From an uncultured Rhodobacteraceae bacterium (GTDB taxonomy: Bacteria; Pseudomonadota; Alphaproteobacteria; Rhodobacterales; Rhodobacteraceae), in assembly GCA_965656445.1 (NCBI GenBank), contig CBFHKO010000001.1, positions 764,212-828,211 of the forward strand: a DNA stretch of 64,000 nt, read 5' to 3'. A model generated the notes under the pieces. It worked only from the letters and a program-made list of their open reading frames with translations. It ran no database searches and was not told the DNA's origin. Both the position numbers and the translations under genes were made by a program. Every line of letters starts with the position of its first letter. Position 1 is the stretch's first letter. Positions 1 through 9,926 of this stretch are shown here, one piece after another.

Positions 1-326
1 TCCAAGGACACCAAACTCGCCTGAAGCGATCCCAAGTCGAGCGAATCAGATCCCAGAGCTGGAACGTCCCACAAGGCGCGCCCAACGACTTCTTCGCCGT
101 TGGCGTCACTCACAATGTCTTGCGTTGGAACATCGGCTTTATCCAATAATGCGAACTGCGAATTGTTTTGATCAGCACGCACAAAAGGATCAATAACCTC
201 TTGTTCTATCGGTGATTCTACAGAAGCACGTTTTTCCAATTCAGGTGGTTGAAAATCTGATCCACCACTTAGCTCGTAGAATGCGAATCCTAATGCTAAA
301 AATGATACTATAATGAGACGCCACAT
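1..326 (-). CDS. Hypothetical membrane-anchored protein, N-terminal part (gene runs off the left edge)
   Basis: Own translation of the minus strand from ATG at 326-324 gives [35 protein letters not shown]..., open to position 1. It has a hydrophobic N-terminal anchor. It is absent from the ORF track because there is no stop inside the window. Confidence 0.45.
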   Translation of the reverse strand, partial: MWRLIIVSFLALGFAFYELSGGSDFQPPELEKRASVESPIEQEVIDPFVRADQNNSQFALLDKADVPTQDIVSDANGEEVVGRALWDVPALGSDSLDLGSLQASLVSL

Positions 327-461
327 AGTTTACCCCTTACCCACAACGGACAATATACCCTACCTTTAAGGATACATCAAACCATCCGGAAGTGGAAAAC
401 TTTTAAGTTTTTCCCCGCATCCTGCTTTACCAAGCAAACCCTTGTCGCTATCACATTATCT

Positions 462-2762
462 ATGAATGATTTGATCGAAGACCCCAACATGGGCGAAATT
501 TCTGCAGAACCCTTGAGACGCGCAATTGGCGAGCGTTACTTAACCTATGCGCTCTCAACAATTATGCACCGTGCGCTTCCTGATGCACGAGATGGGCTAA
601 AGCCAGTGCACCGCCGCATTCTCTATGCGATGCGTGAACTGCGACTGGCCTCAAGCGGCGGATTCCGTAAATCAGCCAAGATCAGCGGCGATGTGATGGG
701 GAACTATCACCCCCACGGGGATGCCGCCATTTATGACGCGATGGCCCGCTTGGCCCAAGATTTCAACGTGCGCTATCCTCTCGTGGATGGACAGGGGAAT
801 TTCGGCAATATTGACGGCGATAACCCCGCCGCAAGCCGATATACCGAAGCCCGCATGACCGCCGTTGCCGAAGCCCTGCTTGAGGGGCTGAACGAAAACG
901 CTGTTGATTTCCGTGACAACTATGATGGAACCCTGAGCGAACCAGTTGTCTTGCCTGCGACCTTCCCGAATCTCTTGGCGAATGGATCAAGTGGGATCGC
1001 GGTTGGTATGGCGACGAATATCCCGCCGCATAATATTTCCGAACTCTGCGATGCCTGTGTTCATCTGATCAAAACCCCAGATGCCCGCGATGATACGCTT
1101 CTCAATTACATTCCCGGTCCTGATTTTCCAACAGGGGGCGTGATTGTTGAAAGCGCAGAGAGCATTGCGCAAGCCTATAGAACGGGGCGCGGATCGTTCC
1201 GGCTACGCTGCAAGTGGGAGGTCGAAGACCTTGGCCGGGGGCAATGGCAAATTGTCGTGACTGAAATCCCTTACCAAGTTCAGAAATCCAAGCTTATCGA
1301 AAAAATTGCCGAGCTGATCCAAACCAAAAAAGTTCCGATCTTGGGCGATGTGCGCGATGAAAGCGCCGAAGACATTCGCCTCATTCTTGAGCCACGCACC
1401 AAAAATGTGGCTCCTGAAGTGCTTATGGGGATGATGTTCAAAAACAGCGATTTAGAAATTCGCTTTTCGCTGAACATGAACGTCTTGATTGACGGTCTGA
1501 CGCCCAAAGTGTGCAGCCTCAAAGAAGTGTTGCGCGCATTCTTGGATCATCGCCGTGAAGTGCTTCAACGACGCAGTCGGCACCGCGTGGAAAAAATTGA
1601 TCATCGTCTCGAAGTGCTCGAAGGCTTTATCATTGCCTTCCTCAATTTGGACCGTGTGATTGATATCATCCGCTATGACGATGACCCGAAATCCGCACTC
1701 ATGCGGGAAAATTGGTCAGTAGATCATGCACGCGCCATGGATGAAAAATCCTATATCAGCCCTGCCTCTGGCGACGGAGAGCTAAGCGAAGTCCAAGCCG
1801 AAGCTATTTTGAACATGCGCTTGCGATCTTTGCGCAAGCTCGAAGAAATGGAATTGGTTCGGGAACGCGACACCTTGATGGAAGAGCGCGCAGGCCTCGC
1901 CGATCTCTTGGCAAGCGAAGATTTGCAATGGTCCGCGATTGCGACCCAGCTCAAGGAAACCAAGAAGAAATTCGGCAAAGACTATGTTGGCGGCGCGCGT
2001 CGTTCGCAATTTGCCGAAGCAGGTGAATTCGAAGAGGTCCCCCTTGAGGCGATGATCGACAAGGAACCGATTACCGTTGTCTGTAGTCAAATGGGTTGGA
2101 TTCGCGCCATGACAGGTCACATTGATCTGTCGCGCGAGTTGAAATTCAAAGATGGCGATGGTCCTCGGTTCATTTTCCACGCGGAAACAACGGATCGCTT
2201 GTTGGTCTTTGGGAACAATGGTCGCTTTTACACCGTCTCCGCCGCCAACCTACCGGGCGGTCGTGGGATGGGGGAACCCCTTCGTTTGATGGTAGATTTG
2301 CCAAACGATGTCGAAATTGTTGATATCTTAATCCATGATCCAAACGGTCAATTGCTCGTGGCATCCACTGCGGGGGATGGGTTTATCGTGCCTGAGGCCG
2401 AAGTATTGGCCCAAACACGAGGCGGCAAACAGGTGTTGAATGTCCGTGCGCCCAACAAGGCGTTGGTTTGTAAAACGGTCAATGGCACCCATGTGGCCGT
2501 TGTCGGGGAAAACCGCAAAGTCTTGGTCTTTGACATTGAAGAACTCCCTGAAATGGGTCGCGGCAAAGGCGTTCGCTTGCAAAAATACAAAGACGGTGGA
2601 CTCTCTGATGCAACCACCTTTACGCTGACTGAGGGGCTGAGCTGGCTTGATCCAGCAGGTCGCACACGAACAGAAACAGATTTAACAGAATGGACCGCCA
2701 AACGCGCCAGCGCAGGACGTATGGCCCCACGTGGATTTCCGAGGGATAATAAATTTAACTAA
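462..2762 (+). CDS. parC: DNA topoisomerase IV subunit A
   Basis: 766 aa. The N-terminus [32 protein letters not shown] and the [12 protein letters not shown] motif are typical of the GyrA/ParC family. The length fits ParC rather than GyrA. Confidence 0.92.
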   Translation: MNDLIEDPNMGEISAEPLRRAIGERYLTYALSTIMHRALPDARDGLKPVHRRILYAMRELRLASSGGFRKSAKISGDVMGNYHPHGDAAIYDAMARLAQDFNVRYPLVDGQGNFGNIDGDNPAASRYTEARMTAVAEALLEGLNENAVDFRDNYDGTLSEPVVLPATFPNLLANGSSGIAVGMATNIPPHNISELCDACVHLIKTPDARDDTLLNYIPGPDFPTGGVIVESAESIAQAYRTGRGSFRLRCKWEVEDLGRGQWQIVVTEIPYQVQKSKLIEKIAELIQTKKVPILGDVRDESAEDIRLILEPRTKNVAPEVLMGMMFKNSDLEIRFSLNMNVLIDGLTPKVCSLKEVLRAFLDHRREVLQRRSRHRVEKIDHRLEVLEGFIIAFLNLDRVIDIIRYDDDPKSALMRENWSVDHARAMDEKSYISPASGDGELSEVQAEAILNMRLRSLRKLEEMELVRERDTLMEERAGLADLLASEDLQWSAIATQLKETKKKFGKDYVGGARRSQFAEAGEFEEVPLEAMIDKEPITVVCSQMGWIRAMTGHIDLSRELKFKDGDGPRFIFHAETTDRLLVFGNNGRFYTVSAANLPGGRGMGEPLRLMVDLPNDVEIVDILIHDPNGQLLVASTAGDGFIVPEAEVLAQTRGGKQVLNVRAPNKALVCKTVNGTHVAVVGENRKVLVFDIEELPEMGRGKGVRLQKYKDGGLSDATTFTLTEGLSWLDPAGRTRTETDLTEWTAKRASAGRMAPRGFPRDNKFN

Positions 2763-2782
2763 ACCAACTAAGGACGGAATAC

Positions 2783-3943
2783 TTGACTGATTTTACATAC
2801 CCAAAATTCGAACAAGACTCGAATGGGATTTTCAAACTCGTTTTTAAGACAAGCATTTTGTCATTTATAACATTGGGGATTTATAGGTTTTGGGCGACAA
2901 CGCGTGTGCGCCAATACCTTTGGGGGTCGTTGACAATAGACGATGATCCACTGGAATATACGGGCACTGGCATGGAAAAGCTGTTGGGCTTTTTGATGGC
3001 GATAGTGATCTTGGCGATTTACCTCGGTTTGGTTCAATTTGCCCTCACCTTTGTCGGGCTAAACCTCACAATGAGCGATGATCCAGAGGCCGCGTTTACA
3101 CAGTTTATAAGTGCCTTTATTTCCCTTGGAGCAATCCTCCCTCTCATTGCTTTTGCCACCTATCGGGCGCGACGCTATAAAATGTCCCGCACCCTTTGGC
3201 GCGGCATTCGCTTTGGCATGGACTCCGCCGCATGGGGGTTTGTCGGGTGGTGGCTGTTTTATACGCTCATCCAAGTGGTGACTTTGGGAATTTTGACGCC
3301 TCTAAAAACCTTTCGCTTGGAAAAATATATGGTCGATCGATCCTATTTCGGATCCGCTAAAATTGACCAAGGCGGCAAGTGGACAGAGCTGTTTTCCGCA
3401 ATGAAACACATCTTTATCGGCGGTGGCATTCTCATCCTTGCCGCGGGTTTAGGATATGCTGGTTCAACTGGATTTGCGATTTTTATTGGGTTCATCGGCT
3501 ATATTTGGCTCTTTGTCGGTATGATCGACTACAGCGTTAAGTCATTCGCCTATTTGACAAGCCACAAGACGATAGAGGGTGGGTTGGCGCTAAGCTCAGA
3601 ACCAAGCACTGGCTTTGTTATCAAAACCACCGTTTTGATGGGCCTCGCGCTGAGTATAATTATTAGCATTGTCTTCGGCATCGTTGGCGCCATTGCAATG
3701 GGATTGGCCGCTCTTGGACCTATTTTATCCGTGGTCGTCATCGCACTTGCCTATATCGGTGCGATTGCAATGACCGAAGCACTTGGCATGGCATGGATCA
3801 CGATGCCTATCTTGGCGCATTATATCGAAACGAGCAAAATTGCTGGGTTCGAACATATTGCCGACATACAACAGCGTGACGCAGACAGCGGTGCAGACGC
3901 CGAAGGCTTTGCAGATGCGCTTGATATTGGCGGAGCGTTCTAA
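2783..3943 (+). CDS. DUF898 (YjgN-like) polytopic membrane protein
   Basis: 386 aa with many TM segments. It carries the GIYRFWATTRVRQYLW motif characteristic of DUF898. TTG start preceded by AAGGA. Confidence 0.78.
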   Translation: MTDFTYPKFEQDSNGIFKLVFKTSILSFITLGIYRFWATTRVRQYLWGSLTIDDDPLEYTGTGMEKLLGFLMAIVILAIYLGLVQFALTFVGLNLTMSDDPEAAFTQFISAFISLGAILPLIAFATYRARRYKMSRTLWRGIRFGMDSAAWGFVGWWLFYTLIQVVTLGILTPLKTFRLEKYMVDRSYFGSAKIDQGGKWTELFSAMKHIFIGGGILILAAGLGYAGSTGFAIFIGFIGYIWLFVGMIDYSVKSFAYLTSHKTIEGGLALSSEPSTGFVIKTTVLMGLALSIIISIVFGIVGAIAMGLAALGPILSVVVIALAYIGAIAMTEALGMAWITMPILAHYIETSKIAGFEHIADIQQRDADSGADAEGFADALDIGGAF

Positions 3944-5070
3944 TGATCGAGGGACAGGCCTTTTACTACGACGGCACAAGCGCCAAGCGCTATGACGTGG
4001 ACATAGGTCTGTCCAATGACCGATTGTTCTTAACCATAAACGGGGCGGATCTCGCCGCCCCTATTCACTGGCGGCTCTCTGATTTGCGGGCAACCCGTGA
4101 CCGTGGTCAGGACGAGACCCTCACGATTTCAAACGGTCAGCATGATGCGCGATCCCAAGATATCGCAATGGCGCGATTGGTGGTGACTGATCCACCAATT
4201 GTTGCCCATTTGATAAAAACACGCCCAAATCTGTTTAAACGAGAGATTAAAAAACGGGATCGATCTACGTTCTTCAAACGCTTTGGTATTGCAGTTGTTG
4301 CTATTGTTGTGATGATTTTCGTTATCCTTCCCGGACTTGCCGGAATTTTTGCGCAACTATTACCAGTTGAACGAGAAGTTGCCCTCGGGCGGTCCTCGCT
4401 CAGCAATATGGAACGCGCCTATAGTTTCTTTGATGAAGCTGAGTTCACATATTGCTCCTCTCCCAAAGGAGACGCCGCGCTTCGCAAACTAACAGCCACG
4501 ATCATTGGGGACCAGGACATCGACTATGATCTCGATATCCGCGTTATGAACAATGATATGATCAATGCTTTCGCCCTTCCCGGAGGCATCGTCATTTTGA
4601 TGAAAGGCCTGCTTGACTCAAGCGACACGGTCGAGGCCACGGCAGGTGTGTTAGCCCATGAAATCGGACATGTTGTTGAACGTCACACAGTCAAGGGTGT
4701 GCTCTATACCTCAAGCATGGCGGGCATCTTGTCGATGGTCTTTGGCGATCTCAGCGGTGGCACAGTCTTAGCCATTTTCGGTGAGCAATTGGCAGGCTCG
4801 CGATATTCTCGCAACGCCGAAACCGAGGCGGACATCTACGCGATCAAGAGCCTGACCGAGGCGAACATCGATCTAAACGGATTTGCCTCATTCTTTGATC
4901 TGATATCGGGCATGGAACCTGATTTCATGGACAATCTCAGCTATCTGTCCACACACCCGGTTAGCGACAATCGTGCGCAACAGGTTCGCGACGAAGCGCA
5001 ATCACAGCAGTCTCATACCTCGCCCTTGAGTGCCGAAGAATGGGCCGCGCTGAAGTCCATTTGCGATTAA
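3943..5070 (+). CDS. M48 family zinc metallopeptidase with N-terminal soluble domain and TM anchor
   Basis: HEIGHVVERH (HExxH) plus a downstream NAETEAD glutamate region. The start overlaps the upstream stop as TAATG. Confidence 0.85.
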   Translation: MIEGQAFYYDGTSAKRYDVDIGLSNDRLFLTINGADLAAPIHWRLSDLRATRDRGQDETLTISNGQHDARSQDIAMARLVVTDPPIVAHLIKTRPNLFKREIKKRDRSTFFKRFGIAVVAIVVMIFVILPGLAGIFAQLLPVEREVALGRSSLSNMERAYSFFDEAEFTYCSSPKGDAALRKLTATIIGDQDIDYDLDIRVMNNDMINAFALPGGIVILMKGLLDSSDTVEATAGVLAHEIGHVVERHTVKGVLYTSSMAGILSMVFGDLSGGTVLAIFGEQLAGSRYSRNAETEADIYAIKSLTEANIDLNGFASFFDLISGMEPDFMDNLSYLSTHPVSDNRAQQVRDEAQSQQSHTSPLSAEEWAALKSICD

Positions 5071-6323
5071 CGGATAATGATGGCTCTGAAGTCGTTTACA
5101 TTGGTGCCTGTCGGACCTGTGACGAATAAATCTCCGATGCTGTCAAAGGCAGTATAAGCATTGTTCTGCGCGAGATAGTCTTGGCTCGTGGTGCCCGTCG
5201 CGCGCAATCGCGCGGCTGTGGTTCCATCCGCAAAGGCGCCTGCATTATCCTCTGATCCATCAATCCCATCGGTATCCGCAGCCAGCGCCGCAATACCTTC
5301 GCATCCATCAATCGTTTGCGCAAATGAGAGCAAGAATTCACTGTTCCGCCCGCCCCGCCCTTTTTGACGCAGGGTGACCGTTGTTTCCCCACCAGAGAGC
5401 AATACGACAGGTTTTGGAAACGGCTGATTATGCTTGGCAATTTCGCAGGCAATGGCCCCATGCATCGCGCCAATGTCACGTGCTTCGCCTTCTATCGCAT
5501 CGGATAATATATGCGCCTCAATCCCATGATCCCGCGCAACCTGTTGCGCCGCCCCCAGGGACTGCCGCGCCGAGGCTATGACATGCGTTTCACAGGTTTG
5601 GAACACGGAATCCGTTGGGCTTGGTGACTGGCTTTGCGCAATATGCGCGAGCATCGCATCGGGTAAATCTATTTGATATTGCTCAATCACATCCATCGCG
5701 TTTTGCGCGGTCTTATCATCAGGAACCGTTGGGCCAGAGGCAACCTCTGCGGCGATATCCCCAGGGACATCAGACACGACTAAAGTGATGAGCCGTGCTG
5801 GGGCAACCTGAGCCGCCAACCTTCCGCCCTTGATCATGCTGAACTGTTTGCGCACTGCATTCATCGCGGAAATAGGCGCGCCTGACGCCAAGAGCCGTTC
5901 ATTCAAAAGCGCCTCATCCGCCAAAGTGAACCCCTCAGGCGGTGCCGGCAACAAGGACGATCCGCCCCCACAAATCAAAGCAACCACCAAGTCATCCGGA
6001 CCAAGTCCGCTAACCTCTTGCATCAAAGCTTGGCTCGCGATGAGACCGTTTTCATCGGGAACAGGATGCGCCGCTTCTAACACAGTGATCTGTTGGGTTT
6101 GTGCGCCATACCCATAGCGCGTCACAACACAGCCCGAAAGAGGGCCGTCCCAATGACGCTCAAACGCAGCGGCGAGTTGCGCCGCACCTTTGCCGGCGCC
6201 AATGACACGGGTCTGACCTTTGGGTTTTTCGGGAATAAAAGGCCCGAGGGCTGAATAAGGATCGGCGGCCTGAACAGCCGCCGAAAACATGTCTTGCAAT
6301 ACTACTGTGTCGTCTTGGATCAT
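5067..6323 (-). CDS. Glycerate 2-kinase / hydroxypyruvate reductase-like protein (DUF4147 + MOFRL, TtuD type)
   Basis: 418 aa. The VIGAGKGAAQLAAAFE, LICGGGSSLL and LLSGGETTVT stretches match my memory of the TtuD/GckA family. Confidence 0.78.
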   Translation of the reverse strand: MIQDDTVVLQDMFSAAVQAADPYSALGPFIPEKPKGQTRVIGAGKGAAQLAAAFERHWDGPLSGCVVTRYGYGAQTQQITVLEAAHPVPDENGLIASQALMQEVSGLGPDDLVVALICGGGSSLLPAPPEGFTLADEALLNERLLASGAPISAMNAVRKQFSMIKGGRLAAQVAPARLITLVVSDVPGDIAAEVASGPTVPDDKTAQNAMDVIEQYQIDLPDAMLAHIAQSQSPSPTDSVFQTCETHVIASARQSLGAAQQVARDHGIEAHILSDAIEGEARDIGAMHGAIACEIAKHNQPFPKPVVLLSGGETTVTLRQKGRGGRNSEFLLSFAQTIDGCEGIAALAADTDGIDGSEDNAGAFADGTTAARLRATGTTSQDYLAQNNAYTAFDSIGDLFVTGPTGTNVNDFRAIIIR

Positions 6324-6371
6324 AACGCCTTCCTCATTTTGGGAAACGCTATGCCAAAATCTGAGGTATTT

Positions 6372-7643
6372 CTAGCCCCGACCTTTCCAAGGAACCAACA
6401 AACGTTCTGCCCAGCGCATAAGCATATCGATGCCAAAACCGATGATGCCAATGAGGATAATCCCCATGACGACGATGTCAGTCAGTGTGAACTTGGACGC
6501 CACCATAATCATCATGCCCGCCCCTTGGGACGCTGCAACGAGTTCCGCCGCAACAACAGTTCCCCAACAGACACCCATAGCAACTCGCGCCCCTGTAAAA
6601 ATCTCAGGCAAGCTGTTTGGAATGATGACATAGCGCATGATTTGCCATTTGCTCGCCCCTAAGGAATAGGCCGCATGCACCTTGGAAATATTGACGCCAG
6701 ACACACCAGATCGCGCGGCAATCGTCATAATCCAAAGGGCGGCGAGGAAGAGCAAGATAATTTTACCTGTCTCGCCAATGCCAAACCAAATGATGATGAG
6801 GGGAATCAATGCCAACGGCGGCACAGGGCGCATGAATTCCACGATTGGATCAAACCATCCACGGAACCACCCATTGAGCCCCATCGCATAGCCAAGAGGA
6901 ATGCCCACGATGCAGCCAAACAGGAACCCTGAGACAACACGCATCAAAGAATAGCCCAAGTGTTCGGACAAAAGGAAACCACGATAGCCTTCTTTTGCGA
7001 TCTCAATACCACGTTCAAGAACCTTTTCTGGAGGTGGTAAATAGATAGGATCCATCTGAAGACCACGCGGCGGAGAAAAGCTAATCGCGCCTTTGTCCGT
7101 CAACACATAGCGACCGCTGTCGAGGCGAAGAGGTGACGCTTTGGAAATGGGTTCACCGTTAATCGCAACGATTTTCCCACCCTCTTTGCGTTTCACATCA
7201 TCGTTTTTGTCAAACGTAATGGTTTTGGAGCGTGATGCCTGCATTGAAACGCTATCATTTTTTGCGAAGCCTTCGCCTGGCTCGACCTCAAGAGTTGAGG
7301 GCTTTTCACCAAAATTCAGAACGCGCACATAAACTGTTGCGTCATCTGTCGCCCCGTTTGCATCCGCGAACGTGTAATCAAACTGCATATCGCCGACAAA
7401 GGGCGCTGGTGCATGTAGAAATTTGGGCAACCAGTTCGATCCTGTGAACGAGCCCCAAATCAAGAACAGCGTTAAAACAGAAATGATGCTAGCGGCACCA
7501 TTGGCGACCACGGCGCTTTCATCACCGAATGTTACGGTTTTGAGCGAAGTATAATCCTGTCGGCTTTGCCCAATAAGGCGAATAACAAAAGCCGCGCCGA
7601 CAAAAATCGCGATGTAAACGATCAGAATAATCAATCCAGTCAT
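6372..7643 (-). CDS. tauC: Taurine-type ABC transporter permease with a long periplasmic insertion
   Basis: The C-terminal ~230 aa is a BPD_transp_1 core of TauC/SsuC type. I moved the start to the ATG at 7643-7641, which overlaps the tauB stop as TAATG. About 140 extra residues lie between TM2 and the core. Confidence 0.8.
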   Translation of the reverse strand: MTGLIILIVYIAIFVGAAFVIRLIGQSRQDYTSLKTVTFGDESAVVANGAASIISVLTLFLIWGSFTGSNWLPKFLHAPAPFVGDMQFDYTFADANGATDDATVYVRVLNFGEKPSTLEVEPGEGFAKNDSVSMQASRSKTITFDKNDDVKRKEGGKIVAINGEPISKASPLRLDSGRYVLTDKGAISFSPPRGLQMDPIYLPPPEKVLERGIEIAKEGYRGFLLSEHLGYSLMRVVSGFLFGCIVGIPLGYAMGLNGWFRGWFDPIVEFMRPVPPLALIPLIIIWFGIGETGKIILLFLAALWIMTIAARSGVSGVNISKVHAAYSLGASKWQIMRYVIIPNSLPEIFTGARVAMGVCWGTVVAAELVAASQGAGMMIMVASKFTLTDIVVMGIILIGIIGFGIDMLMRWAERLLVPWKGRG

Positions 7644-8446
7644 TATGCTGTCTCCTGCCGGCCCATAATTTCTTCTTCCATATCCCAAATCATCCCCAAG
7701 ATTTCTTCGCGGGTTTTGGCATAATCAGGATGCTTTTTCACCTCGCGCAGGTCTTGGTTCACCCCAAGATCGGCAAAGGGCAAGCGGTATTCTTTGTGAA
7801 TACGTCCAGGACGCGGGGCCATGACCAATAGACGTTCGCCCAACAAAAGCGCCTCTTCGACGGAGTGGGTGATCAAAATGATGGTCTTGCCCGTTTCTTT
7901 CCACAGCTTCAAAACCAACGACTGCATCTTTTCACGCGTCAAGGCATCCAATGCGCCCAAAGGTTCATCCATCAAAATTACATCAGGTTCATTTGCCAAA
8001 CAACGGGCCAAAGCCACACGTTGCTGCATCCCGCCTGATAATTCGTAGACTGCTTTTTCTTTAAAATCCTGAAGTCCTACGACATCCAAAAGGTGATCCA
8101 CCTTTTCGCGTGTTTCCGCATTGAGCGGTCCCTTCATGCGCGGACCAAAGCCCACGTTTTCGCGCACGCTCATCCATTCAAACAATGCACCCTGCTGAAA
8201 CACCATTCCACGCTCGGCGCTTGGCCCAGTGACACGATTTCCGTCCAAGGTAATTTGACCCGCTGTCGGGGCTAAAAACCCAGCAACGATATTCAAGAGC
8301 GTGGTTTTTCCGCACCCTGATGGTCCTAGAACGGATAAGAGTTCGCCCGATTTTAAACTAAGTGTGACATCCTTTAGCGCTTGGACTGAGCTGCCGTTTG
8401 GCAAATCAAACCGCATAGAGATATTGTCGATTAAAAGCTCGCTCAT
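7643..8446 (-). CDS. tauB: Taurine-type ABC transporter ATP-binding protein
   Basis: Walker A GPSGCGKTT, signature LSGGMQQRVALAR and Walker B ILMDEP. Start chosen at the internal ATG 8446 (MSELLIDNISM), which has GAGAGG upstream. Confidence 0.87.
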   Translation of the reverse strand: MSELLIDNISMRFDLPNGSSVQALKDVTLSLKSGELLSVLGPSGCGKTTLLNIVAGFLAPTAGQITLDGNRVTGPSAERGMVFQQGALFEWMSVRENVGFGPRMKGPLNAETREKVDHLLDVVGLQDFKEKAVYELSGGMQQRVALARCLANEPDVILMDEPLGALDALTREKMQSLVLKLWKETGKTIILITHSVEEALLLGERLLVMAPRPGRIHKEYRLPFADLGVNQDLREVKKHPDYAKTREEILGMIWDMEEEIMGRQETA

Positions 8447-8530
8447 TGCTTGCCTCTCTGAAATTTTTGGTGAGGGTGCAAAAGAAGAAAGGGCGCGCAA
8501 GTCGCCCTTTCCTAGTTCAACACATAGAAC

Positions 8531-9538
8531 TTACATGCCTTTAGCAGCTGCCAATGGACCTGTGTTCACTGCTGCATCATAGCTGTCGAGTGCAGCGTCG
8601 ATTGAGCCCGCTTCTACGAAGACATCCGCAACACCCTTCATGAAGGTTTGCGCTGCGCCACCGAGCCATGCACCTGACAATTGCTCGTCAACAGTTGGGA
8701 ATGTGAATGTCGCAATCGTTTCTGCTGTTGCTTCGACATCCATGCCGGCATCTTTTGCAATTACTGGCAACATTTTCGCGTGGTTTGCTTCATCCGCCCA
8801 CATCGCGTTTGCGTCTGCTGTGACTTTCAAGAATTTAGCAACCGTGTCGCTGTTTTCTTCAACCCAGCCAGAAGGACCAGATGTGACGTCAAATACCAAG
8901 ATGCCGAGCTCTGTTTTCTCGTCACCTGTGAGAAGAACGTTACCGTGTGCAAGCGCACGACGAAGCGATCCGCCCCAGCCACAGAACATGTCGATTGATC
9001 CGTTTTCAATCGCAGCTGCCGCATCCGGTGGATCCATGTCAACAACTTGCATGCTTCCGACGTCAACGCCGAAGTGGCTCATTTGCTTGAGGAAGCCGTA
9101 GTGTGCCGCTGTGCCCAAAGGTACCGCAACTTTTTTGCCAGCCAATTCTTCTGTATTTTCCTTGTCGATTTCTAGATCAGAACGCACAACACAGTTGTCG
9201 TTATCCGCGTAGCTGACCGCCACGTCTAGGATTTGAAGGTCTTGACCCGCTGATGTTGCAACAACGAAAGGTGGAACACCTTGGCTCAGAGATAGGTGAA
9301 CGTCACCAGAAGCCATCGCCGCTGACATTTTCACACCAGATTCAAAGGCAACCCAGTTCACTTTCATGCCGAGCGCTTCGTCATATGTACCCATTTGCTT
9401 GGCGTATTCGAATGGCATTGGCCATTCTAGGAAATACCCGACAGTTAGTTCGCCGTGGCCATCTGCAAGAGCAGCGCCCGCTGACACTGTCATTGCGCTT
9501 GCTGCGACAGCTGTCATCAATTTGGATTTAAGTTTCAT
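8531..9538 (-). CDS. tauA: Taurine-type ABC transporter periplasmic substrate-binding protein
   Basis: 335 aa with a signal peptide (MKLKSKLMTAVAASAMTVSAGAALA). NMT1/TauA-like SBP in context with tauBC, tpa and xsc. Confidence 0.8.
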   Translation of the reverse strand: MKLKSKLMTAVAASAMTVSAGAALADGHGELTVGYFLEWPMPFEYAKQMGTYDEALGMKVNWVAFESGVKMSAAMASGDVHLSLSQGVPPFVVATSAGQDLQILDVAVSYADNDNCVVRSDLEIDKENTEELAGKKVAVPLGTAAHYGFLKQMSHFGVDVGSMQVVDMDPPDAAAAIENGSIDMFCGWGGSLRRALAHGNVLLTGDEKTELGILVFDVTSGPSGWVEENSDTVAKFLKVTADANAMWADEANHAKMLPVIAKDAGMDVEATAETIATFTFPTVDEQLSGAWLGGAAQTFMKGVADVFVEAGSIDAALDSYDAAVNTGPLAAAKGM

Positions 9539-9810
9539 GTATAACTCCCATGTTATCCGTAACCTCAGTTCCCGAGGTTTTGTTTTACACCGTTCCGACG
9601 GTAAACGTTGCTACAAAATAGTCAAACGTAAATCCGCATCTCAGCTGATCCGAGCCCATATCCTGATTCCGATCAATGCTTTTTTTGAGGCAACGGGTAA
9701 GAATGATGTGCATTATACGACCTCAGCCACCACGCGAAATCGATTAAGTTGATATATTTCAGTTGGTTAAATTATGATTTCAGCAAACACCTACCAAGAT
9801 GATGCCATTT

Positions 9811-9843
9811 TTGGCCTTAACTGAACAAGCAATCTGGCCCTAT
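9811..9843 (+). promoter_or_regulatory. Candidate TauR operator upstream of tpa: direct repeat TTGGCCTTAA-N13-CTGGCCCTAT, 23-bp period
   Basis: Read directly. The same half-site and spacing recur upstream of xsc (13832-13864). The site ends 84 bp before the tpa ATG. Confidence 0.5.
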
Positions 9844-9926
9844 TCTAATCCCTGACTTTTCGGCTCTTGTTTTGAATGCAAATTAAAACGGACTGGGTGA
9901 GTCCGTTGTGGATAAGGATTTCGAAA

